DNA of 64,000 bases from Vulcanimicrobiota bacterium (GTDB taxonomy: Bacteria > Vulcanimicrobiota > Xenobia > Xenobiales > JADMJV01), in assembly GCA_050250895.1 (NCBI GenBank), contig JBFWNU010000005.1:320001-384000 (forward strand), read 5' to 3'. Below the pieces are notes generated by a model. That model was not told the DNA's origin. It did not search any database and saw only the letters and a program-made list of their open reading frames with translations. Positions 56,102 through 64,000 of this stretch are shown here, piece by piece (positions within the stretch are counted from its first letter, which is position 1; each line of letters starts with the position of its first letter). A program made the translations under genes and the position numbers.

Positions 56102-57418
56102 GTGTTACCAGGAATCTTGATTCTTCTGATCTTTTTAGCCTTTGCGGGTCTGATGATGACGCGCAAGATGGCTGCTCTTTTGGCTCTGCCGACGATGTCG
56201 TTCCTGATCGCCCTGGTGGCGGGGCTGTTCTACGATTTCGAAGCCCTGACGGCCGACGCGCCGGGACCGAAGACGCTGCAAGATTTCCTCTTCACGACGG
56301 TGCTCACCGAAGGCCCAGGTCGCCTGGCCGGGGCTATGATGTTCGCCATTTTCGGAGCTATCCTATCCCAGGTGGTCATGCGCGCCGGCATCGCCCAGCG
56401 CTTGATCAGCGTAGGCGCCGAGTATGCCGGCGAGAGCAAGTTCTTGCTGGCCTTCATGATGACCCTGATGGTGGCCTTTTGCTTCACCTCGGTGACCGGC
56501 CTGGGCGCCGTCATCATGGTGGGTTCGCTGGCCCTGCCCATCATGATCGGAGCCGGTCTGTCGGCCGACTTTTCCGCCTGCCTGATGCTTTTTGCCATCG
56601 CCATCGGCGGAGTGTTCAACCCGGCCATTTTGGGCGTCTATCAAGACACGCTCGGAGTGCCGCTCGAAGTCGTCAAGACCTATGTCAAGATCTACGGCGG
56701 TATCCTCGCTTTGACGGCGGCCATCTTCCTGGTGGTGGGCGCCCAGTCCGAGAAAGACTCGTTCTCATGGGCGGCCCAGGTGGAAGAGATCGAGGCCCGT
56801 CCTCACGTGCCCACCATCGCGTTGCTGACCCCGATCCTGCCGATCCTGCTCATCATGAGCCCGCTGCCTGTCCCCATCATCCCGGCGTTTCTGATCGGTA
56901 TTCTCTACGGTGCCCTCACGACCACTCCCAAAACGGCCATCAACGCCATTACCGCCGCCACCCTCGAGGGACTCAAAGACATCTCGCCGGTGATCGGCCT
57001 CTTCATGGGCATCGGGATGGCCCTCAATGCCATGATGGCCGACCCCACCAAAGCTGTCATGGCGCCCTTCCTCAAAGCCATCATTCCCACCAGCCCGGTT
57101 GGTTTCGTGGTCTTCTTCACGCTGCTGGCGCCACTGGCGCTCTATCGAGGGCCGTTCAACTTCTTCGGGCTCGGAGCCGGCATCGCCGGGCTGATCCTGG
57201 GCGTGGGCCTGCTGCCCCCCGTGGCCGTGATGGCCGCTTTCTTCGCCGTCGGCCAGGTGCAGGGGGTGTGTGACCCCACCAACACCCACAACGTCTGGCT
57301 AGCCCAGTTCAGCAAAAGCTCGACCGAGGTCTTCCTCAAGAAGACCCTGCCCTATGTCTGGGCTTTCGTGGCCGCGGCTCTCTGCTATGCCGCCTTCGTG
57401 GGCCACGCCCTGGGCTAG
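56102..57418 (+). CDS. Multi-pass permease (ion-transporter superfamily, citrate/gluconate transporter-like)
   Basis: Highly hydrophobic; LYRGPFN and CDPTNTHNVW motifs. Confidence 0.8.
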   Translation: MLPGILILLIFLAFAGLMMTRKMAALLALPTMSFLIALVAGLFYDFEALTADAPGPKTLQDFLFTTVLTEGPGRLAGAMMFAIFGAILSQVVMRAGIAQRLISVGAEYAGESKFLLAFMMTLMVAFCFTSVTGLGAVIMVGSLALPIMIGAGLSADFSACLMLFAIAIGGVFNPAILGVYQDTLGVPLEVVKTYVKIYGGILALTAAIFLVVGAQSEKDSFSWAAQVEEIEARPHVPTIALLTPILPILLIMSPLPVPIIPAFLIGILYGALTTTPKTAINAITAATLEGLKDISPVIGLFMGIGMALNAMMADPTKAVMAPFLKAIIPTSPVGFVVFFTLLAPLALYRGPFNFFGLGAGIAGLILGVGLLPPVAVMAAFFAVGQVQGVCDPTNTHNVWLAQFSKSSTEVFLKKTLPYVWAFVAAALCYAAFVGHALG

Positions 57419-58206
57419 TAGATGCACTCCAGGTCCGAACCTGCCGCCGCGAACTGCTCGTAGCTCTGGCCCGGGTTCTGCAAGTCTAGATAGACGGCCC
57501 GCATCGCGCCTTCTGCCTGGGCCTGCACGGCCCACAGGTGCAACCCGTCCGAACTGGCCATGGTCAGCTGGTTGCCGTCGTGGTCGTAGCGCGACATCTT
57601 CCAGCCGCAGGGCGTCCCCCAGAACCGCGCCTGCACGCTTTCGGTGCGAACCTCACCCGGATACTTGGCGGTGTCCACCCCGCTTTGGTCCTGCTGGTGC
57701 AATTCACCCAGAGACTGCTTGAACTCGGCCGCCATCTGCAAGGCCTGGGCCGGAGTCAGGCAGCGCTCGTCGTGGGGAACCACCAGCTCGCCGCAGCTCT
57801 CGAACGCCTCGAAGTCGGGGCTGGCCCAGTGCAGGTTGCCGTCGAGCGCTGGCACGGCATCGCTCTCGACCCACTGCTGCACCCGCCCATTGAGGGCCAT
57901 GCCCACGATCTGCTTGTGGTCGGGAAAGCGCGTGGTGATCCGGCGCCACTTGTCTTCGCCGAAGTCGACCGACTGCGAACAGCCGTCGCCTTCCTTCTCG
58001 TAGCGCACGCCGGACTCGGTTTCGATGCGCTTCCAGCCGTCGATGAGAAAAAGTTCAGGGTACTGCAGTCGAGGGTCGGCCAGGCTACCCACGGGCTTGT
58101 GAAAGCCAAGCCCACGCAGCTTCTCTACCAGGTCCGGGGGGACGCAGTTGCGTTCTTTGCATCCCGGACAAACCTTGACTCCGTAACCAATCGGTGTTGA
58201 CGTCAT
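57415..58206 (-). CDS. Hypothetical protein
   Basis: 263-aa ORF with GC3-rich codon usage; N-terminal CPGC; AGGTGA RBS-like sequence. Confidence 0.6.
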   Translation of the reverse strand: MTSTPIGYGVKVCPGCKERNCVPPDLVEKLRGLGFHKPVGSLADPRLQYPELFLIDGWKRIETESGVRYEKEGDGCSQSVDFGEDKWRRITTRFPDHKQIVGMALNGRVQQWVESDAVPALDGNLHWASPDFEAFESCGELVVPHDERCLTPAQALQMAAEFKQSLGELHQQDQSGVDTAKYPGEVRTESVQARFWGTPCGWKMSRYDHDGNQLTMASSDGLHLWAVQAQAEGAMRAVYLDLQNPGQSYEQFAAAGSDLECIY

Positions 58207-58337
58207 AGTACGTCACCTGCCTTCGGTTCAGGCCAACTCGCAATTTTAGCCTAGCATCGCCAGGCCCGGATTGTGTTGCCAGGAGTTTGCTTTCGCGGCG
58301 GGCGGGAGAGCATTGCGCCGGAACGGAACTCAGGTCG

Positions 58338-59258
58338 ATGAAGAACTGGATCGTGCTCTTATGTTTGGCCCTGGCCGGCCCCGCTCTGGCCGAGGAGAGC
58401 TGGACGCTCCAATTGCGAAATCTACAGGGTGGAGCCAGTCTCCACCGATTCGCCGTGGCGCTGCACTCTGACGGAACGCTTTACTTTGGGAGTCCACCAG
58501 GTCTCGATGGCGAGCGCGATCGGGTCTTCGAGATCGGCGGCGACGACCAGGTGCGTTTCTACTATGATTCCGACTATGCGGTGACGAAGAGCGTACGGCT
58601 GACGCCTGCGATGGCCGCTGGGCTAAGAGACGCCTGGCTCGGGAGCGAGCCCGAGAGCCTGGACAACGAGTACCCGTCGGCCATCGAGTATGCTTGCGGG
58701 ACAAGCCACCGAGTGGTCGTCGTCCGTCAGGGTGAGGGCACTCGGCGCTGGAGCCTGGACCACCCGGAGCACAGTGCCTACGATGCGGGAGTTCGGCGCT
58801 TCCTGCTTGGCTGGAAGGCTTTGCTCGACCGGTTGCCCGAGGGATGGGCGGCGGAGTTCGACGAGGGGATCGCCAGGCACACCGAGCCCCGCGGCTACCA
58901 GGTTGACGGGCTGGGGCTGGGGACCAGTCTCCCAGCAGCCTGCGAGCACCTGGGCGAGCCACTCGAGGTCCACCCGCTCCAGCCACGTGCCCCAGGGCGG
59001 GTGGTAGTTTGGGCTCAGAACCTGGCTTTCTTCTCCGGGACGAGGAGTTTGCAGGGTCTCTCTGGGCGGGTGGTAGAGTTTGAGGGCCGTCGGCTCGAAG
59101 TGGGGATGACCCGAGAACAGGTGGCCGAGGTCTTGAATGGGGAGGCCCCCCGCAGCCTGTATCTGATGTTTGATGAGGAGGGCAAGCTAAAGGCGCTCTA
59201 TGCCGGCCTCGACGAGCCCGGTGGACCCCTTCGCGAGTTGGTGGGTTCGGAACGATGA
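58338..59258 (+). CDS. Secreted hypothetical protein
   Basis: Signal peptide MKNWIVLLCLALAGPALA; C-terminal VDGLGLG / VGMTREQVAEVL motifs resemble the 23487-24449 product. Confidence 0.65.
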   Translation: MKNWIVLLCLALAGPALAEESWTLQLRNLQGGASLHRFAVALHSDGTLYFGSPPGLDGERDRVFEIGGDDQVRFYYDSDYAVTKSVRLTPAMAAGLRDAWLGSEPESLDNEYPSAIEYACGTSHRVVVVRQGEGTRRWSLDHPEHSAYDAGVRRFLLGWKALLDRLPEGWAAEFDEGIARHTEPRGYQVDGLGLGTSLPAACEHLGEPLEVHPLQPRAPGRVVVWAQNLAFFSGTRSLQGLSGRVVEFEGRRLEVGMTREQVAEVLNGEAPRSLYLMFDEEGKLKALYAGLDEPGGPLRELVGSER

Positions 59259-61741
59259 GGGTGGGTGCCTGCTGTTTGGCCCTGCTGTTGATGCTGGCCC
59301 CCGTGGCCAGGGCCGACAGCCTGGAAGAGATCACCGAGCAGTTCTTGACCGAGACCCAGCCGGTAAAGCGTCTGCATCCTCTCGAGTACCTGGTGCCTGG
59401 GCTCGAGTTCTCCAAAGGTGTCGACAGTGGCCGGATACTGCAGGCTTGTCGGGAGCGCCCCGAGCTCTACCGACTGGTTTTCAATCTCTTGGAGCCGACG
59501 CCTGAGACTCAGAGTGAAGTCAGGGAGCACTATCGTCCGACCGAGGAAGAAATGGAACGATGGGTCGCTTTCTGGTCGGAGCTCCGAAAGAGCGGAGAGC
59601 CTGAGGACACCGAGTTCTCCCCGACTGTTGTAAAGAAGCTCGAACGGCATGACACTCGTGCGCAGGCGGTTCGAGTACTGCTGGCCGGTGAGCCGACTCC
59701 TGAGCGTCTACGTCCGCTCTTGCCCTGGATTGAAGAGGAGAACTGGTGTTCTGGCCCATCGCAGCGCGCGCTCTTCGTGGCGCTCCAGAAGGTTCGGGTA
59801 GAAGAAGCCTCGGGACCCCTGCAAAGGCTGTTGGAAAGCGGCCAGTCTAAACATCTTGACCAGGCAGCGCTCGCCCTCGCCGTTCAAGCCGGGCGGTCGT
59901 CCGAGGACCTGATCCGCAAAGCGATGCGAGATTATGACGATGGTCCCGGCTTTCTCGAGGCTCTCCACTTGTTGGGGTGCTTGCGGCGGGACGATGTCGT
60001 CTCGAGGTTGGATCCCCCCTACGGATCGGCCGTTGCCAGGTGGCTTCGTGACCGGAAAGACCCACCGGTAGAGGTCTGTGGCTGGATATTGGGTGCCCTA
60101 CCCGAACTCGAACGCCGGGAATCTTATACGGGCTCCCGTTGGATTACCCTGGCTCTTCAGTGGGACCGGCCGGAGGTAGACGACTTCCTGGTCGCTCGAT
60201 TGATGCGCGAAGAGGTGACTCCAGTGGGGCTCGCGGGCCTGTTATCGCGGGCTCCCCTACGTCCGGATTTGAGTAGGCTCGACCTCTCCGGCTACAAATG
60301 GGGCTACGTGGCTCTTCTCTCCAGGAACGAAGCCGCGCTGGCCGACATCTTCGGCTCTTCTGATCGGCGTGCCAAACGGGCCGTTCTGGCCGGGGCCCGG
60401 AGGATTCATTATCGATTACCAGAGACGATTGTCGATGCCGCCCTCACTGACCCGACCGTGGTGGATGCTGCTTACCTATATCTCATAGGCTGCTACGAGC
60501 CTTGGGCCCGCGAGGCTCTGAAGGGACGCGCCCCGGCCGGCCTGGTGCTCGGGCGTGACGGCGGCGCTCCATCGGAGAGAGAGCGGCCCTTTTTAGGTGA
60601 GTTGGCTGATCCTGAGGGGCCCCGCAGAATCGTCACATTCTTCCAGTATTGGGGCTACGCGCACGCCGAGACTTCGGTAATCCGTGAATGGGGCGACCGA
60701 GCAAGCTACTGGTGGGAGCCTGACCCCTACCGTTATGTCGTGGCTGACCTCCAGTCGGCGAGGCTTGCGGGGCTAATGTCGTTGCTCGAGGAACCGAGCA
60801 CATCCACTCTGCCCGCCCTTGGTTCTGGCTGGAGCCACCCCGCTGGCTTTCTTCTCACTTACCTGACGAAGAGCGAGCGCTGGCGCATCGAGAGCGAGGT
60901 AGACATCACGACTTACCACCCCTATCTGAGAATGGAACTCCTGGAGGCCGTTCAGGGGCCGCATCTCCGCTTACTCAAGGAATTTATCAAGCTCCAAGAC
61001 TTGGGCGAGCTTCGTTACAAGGTGATCGACCAAAAGGGTGGTCGCGTTTTGAAGGCTGACCGAACTCGCCACCTAGAGAGTGATCGTAATCTTCACCATT
61101 CGGTAGTCAGACTGAAGACGATGGCCGGGAATTTGGTGGCTGACCATCGGGGTTTGGTTTTGGACGAGGAGGTCGTGGCCAAAGGCTATTTCATGGACGC
61201 GGCCGTATCCTCGGATGGAAGATGGGTTGCCGCCAGTACCAGGGTGAACGAATCAGCGCCGCCGGAAGCCCTCGTGCTCTTCGATGCCAAAGAGCTGGCT
61301 GCCAGGCCAGCGCGTTTGGCACAGAGTTTTAGCATCCATCCACTTCGCTACATTCCAGAGCTCGAGCGGTTCCTGGTGTGGTGTCCTCAACGAGACCAGC
61401 CGGAGTTCTTTCTGGTCAATCCCCAGACCGGCGATTGGCAGGCAGCCGAAGGGGAACTCTCGCCTTATACTCACAGCTGCGACTTTCAGACGAGTTCCTG
61501 GCCAGACTGGGTTTGGGCCACTCGAATCCGTCAGCAGGGCGATGTGGACGTGACCGAGGTCGGTCTCTACCACCGTTATCAGTTTGTGTTTTTGCCCGCT
61601 GGAACCTATCCGCATCTGCTAGCGAAGTCCAACGAGATCGAGGTGCTTCCCGACCAGCGGGTGGTCCGGGTGCGGCTGGTCAACGACGAAATCGAGCTTC
61701 CGCTCGACACCGTTCCAACCCCCACTTCCAGCTGGAAGTAG
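59255..61741 (+). CDS. Large secreted hypothetical protein (HEAT-like plus beta-propeller-like)
   Basis: Signal peptide; helical repeats; AVSSDGRWVAAS blade motif; ATGA overlap with the upstream gene. Confidence 0.65.
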   Translation: MRVGACCLALLLMLAPVARADSLEEITEQFLTETQPVKRLHPLEYLVPGLEFSKGVDSGRILQACRERPELYRLVFNLLEPTPETQSEVREHYRPTEEEMERWVAFWSELRKSGEPEDTEFSPTVVKKLERHDTRAQAVRVLLAGEPTPERLRPLLPWIEEENWCSGPSQRALFVALQKVRVEEASGPLQRLLESGQSKHLDQAALALAVQAGRSSEDLIRKAMRDYDDGPGFLEALHLLGCLRRDDVVSRLDPPYGSAVARWLRDRKDPPVEVCGWILGALPELERRESYTGSRWITLALQWDRPEVDDFLVARLMREEVTPVGLAGLLSRAPLRPDLSRLDLSGYKWGYVALLSRNEAALADIFGSSDRRAKRAVLAGARRIHYRLPETIVDAALTDPTVVDAAYLYLIGCYEPWAREALKGRAPAGLVLGRDGGAPSERERPFLGELADPEGPRRIVTFFQYWGYAHAETSVIREWGDRASYWWEPDPYRYVVADLQSARLAGLMSLLEEPSTSTLPALGSGWSHPAGFLLTYLTKSERWRIESEVDITTYHPYLRMELLEAVQGPHLRLLKEFIKLQDLGELRYKVIDQKGGRVLKADRTRHLESDRNLHHSVVRLKTMAGNLVADHRGLVLDEEVVAKGYFMDAAVSSDGRWVAASTRVNESAPPEALVLFDAKELAARPARLAQSFSIHPLRYIPELERFLVWCPQRDQPEFFLVNPQTGDWQAAEGELSPYTHSCDFQTSSWPDWVWATRIRQQGDVDVTEVGLYHRYQFVFLPAGTYPHLLAKSNEIEVLPDQRVVRVRLVNDEIELPLDTVPTPTSSWK

Positions 61742-61956
61742 CGGCGGCTAAATGTTGTGATCTCTTAATATTGGAGATTTCGCAACAGAGGTCCAAAGGC
61801 ATCGGGCCAGAGAGGCCATCCCCAGGCCGGTCCAGCAGGGCGGCCACGGCGTTCGGTGCCGGACAGGCCGGATCGAGTCATTTTCACCTCGGCAGTCTCC
61901 CACGCCGCATCCTGTCGTGTCGCGCTAGAACGCTTTAACCATGCCGTTTGGCTGCG

Positions 61957-61985
61957 TTGATTCACAAGGCGAAGTTGAGTAAAAT
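61957..61985 (+). promoter_or_regulatory. Sigma70-type promoter of the third HNH gene
   Basis: TTGATT-N17-TAAAAT, then GGAGG RBS before ATG 62026. Confidence 0.5.
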
Positions 61986-62025
61986 AAGATCATTCCTTGA
62001 TTGTTTCTCGCCCGGAGGTCTTCTC

Positions 62026-63203
62026 ATGTCACCGACTCTTTCCGAACTCTCGCACTCCCTGCAACGACTGTCCCACCAGGACCTACACCAGCGCAATTGC
62101 CAGGCCGGCACCCGTGCCTTTGGCTGTGAGTGGGAACTGGCTGCCCACCTGTTGGCCACCGAGCGCAGCGGTCTCTATCGCCACATGGGTTGCGGCAGCG
62201 TGGTCGGCTACGCGGTGACTCACCTGAACCAGCACCCGCAAAAGGCCGGCGAACTTCTTAGCCTGGCGCGTGTGTTCGAGAAGCTGCCTCTTCTGTCCGA
62301 AGCCTTTCGAGAGGGGAAGCTTTGCTGGAGCAAAGCCCGGGCGCTCAAGCGAATCACCACCCCTGAAAACGAGCGGGAGATGCTGGATTTCGCCCTCAAG
62401 AACAAGGCCCAGACGGTGGAGCGGGCGGTGGCTTTGACGCCTGCTCAGCACAAACGCGGTCAGGCCTTGAAAGCCTCGCTCGAAGCCAGCGAAAGCCAAC
62501 CCGAATTGTCCCTTGGCGAGCAGCCGACGGCCGCCGCGCCCGTGGTCCAGCCGGCGCCGGTTCCCGAGGTGCCGAAGCTGATCCAGGTGACTCTACTGTT
62601 GACCCCCGACCAATACGCCGTCTACGAACAGGCCAGGCGCCTGGTCGAGGCGCGCCAGGGTAAGCGAGTTAGCAAGGAAACCGCTGTGACCGAAATGGCA
62701 AGCCAGACGCTGGCCTCTGCGGACAACCGCAGCAAGGTGCGCCATCAAGTCATCGTGCACGTGAACGCCGAGTCCGGTGAGGGATTTTACGATACCGAGC
62801 GGGGGCTCTTGCCGGCCGAGCCCGCAGCCGTGGACGAAGCCCTCAAGCAAAAGGGGATCGTGGTGGCTGGTGCTAAGACCGAACTTCCAGGTGGAAGTCC
62901 TCAGGCCGAGCAACTACCGTTGCTGCCCCCGCCATCCAAGACCCGGCCCTCGATTCCTGTGGACTTGCTGCGCGCGGTCTTCACCCGCGCCTGCGGTCGC
63001 TGTGAGCGATGCGCGCACGCGGGCGGCAATCTGGTGGTGTACCATATCCGGGCCTGGTCCGAGACCCGCCGCCACCGGCTCGAAGACCTGGAGGTGTTGT
63101 GCCCGGGCTGCCACGCGGCCGAGCATACCAAAGACTTTGCCGAGAAGCCAGTTGGAAGGCCGCGCGGGACGCCGCCCGCCAGCGCCGAACGCCATCAGGG
63201 TAA
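62026..63203 (+). CDS. Third, divergent DUF222-like/HNH protein; probable frameshift near 63150 (unshifted ORF runs to 63390)
   Basis: FEKLPLLSEAFREGKLCWSKARALKRITT; CERC...VYHI...DLEVLCPGCHAAEH. The alternative frame WKAARDAARQRRTPSG* avoids a 150-bp overlap with the convergent gene. Confidence 0.75.
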
Positions 63204-63240
63204 ACGGGCGGCGGCAGAGATCGGTTCGAGGGGAAGCCGT

Positions 63241-63905
63241 CTACCAACCTTGCTGCTCACCGACTTGCTTGCCGAGCAAACCGGCGCAGAAGGGTGCGGC
63301 GTCTTGCGTGACCAGCGTTGCGGCGATGGGGATCATTCGTTCGAGGAAGATCTGCATTTGCTCTTGAGTCCGAGACACGGCTCGCCTTAGGTCCTTCTGC
63401 TCGCAGGCGAAGGGTTCACCGGGGTCATCCTCGGGACCGTCATATCGGAACTCGACCCGGCCATCCTGGACGTCAACGCGCAGGGAGGGATGACCTATGC
63501 CGATATATAGGCACGGAGACGCCTGGTCGGAAGTTCCAGCGGCCCGCCAGTCTTTGAGGTCTCGCAAGGTCGCGCAACACTGTGGCCAACACACATCGTC
63601 GTCGGCGTCGCGAAGAACATAGCCGCCATCCAGCGCCAAAGGAGGGATGTCGTCGAGTTCTTTGCCCAACAGAGCATAGCGCACCGGGCGGCCAATTCGG
63701 TCTGGCCGTCGAGACTCTGGAGTTCGACAAACAGCGAGTCTCCCAGTGAACGGAGGTTGCCGAAACCAAATTCGGTGGTAGCCTGATTCCAGAAGCGCCG
63801 CCAGTTTTCGTCGCGGGGAAACGGGTCGATGGGGAAGTCGGGGAGGATGCGCCACGGCGCGATCTCGACAACCGGGACAAGAAGGGGCAGGCGCACTGTG
63901 TTCAT
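63241..63905 (-). pseudogene. Hypothetical protein split by a frameshift near 63690 (or a sequencing indel)
   Basis: N-terminal half MNTVRLPLLVPVVEI...TELAA is in one frame with a GGAG RBS; C-terminal half VRYALL...ALDGGYVL...PQCCATLRDLKDW...GHP is in another. Confidence 0.6.
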
Positions 63906-63965
63906 GGTCTCTCCGCAGGTCAGGTCCCACTGGAACGCGTAGTGGAAAAGTGGGAGGTCCGTGAG

Positions 63966-64000
63966 ATGAGAGTTCTGATTTTGCTTCTAGCACTCCTGGC
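63966..64000 (+). CDS. Start of a secreted protein (runs out of the window)
   Basis: GGAGG RBS followed by MRVLILLLALL. Confidence 0.45.
   Translation, partial: MRVLILLLALL

Noticed and set aside
1-64000. tRNA, rRNA or prophage
   Set aside because: No cloverleaf or rRNA-like sequence and no phage structural genes were recognised by eye.

Overview
GC-rich bacterial window. The gene content suggests a poorly characterised lineage, possibly Eremiobacterota/Vulcanimicrobiota, but this is inference only. The housekeeping backbone is a 5'-truncated type-2 ileS, a fused purL and purC-purE-purF. Other genes include two minor-pilin clusters with a PilC/GspF gene, a histidine kinase plus REC-BTAD regulator, an FHA-GAF nucleotide cyclase, a P450, a desaturase, hydrolases, a transglutaminase/DUF2126 protein and many hypotheticals. 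The most striking region is 18.2-25.1 kb. Nine copies of the 16-bp palindrome TGACCCGCGCGGGTCA cut it into gene-sized modules. Two of these are ~1.3-kb units (palindrome, conserved structured ~250-bp leader, DUF222-like/HNH nuclease gene, palindrome) in which the nuclease stop codon is the first three bases of the palindrome. A second 16-bp palindrome family (ACTTCCRCGYGGAAGT) with the same CCRCGYGG core sits in a local repeat array. Together these suggest a possibly undescribed HNH-associated palindrome/cassette mobile system. Also notable are three toxin-like genes with internal deletions, a MITE-like element, an RRE(PqqD)-fused 20-Cys protein, a sigma-3/4-only protein, several catalytic-motif variants and frequent leaderless promoters. 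I recognised no rRNA, tRNA or CRISPR array.
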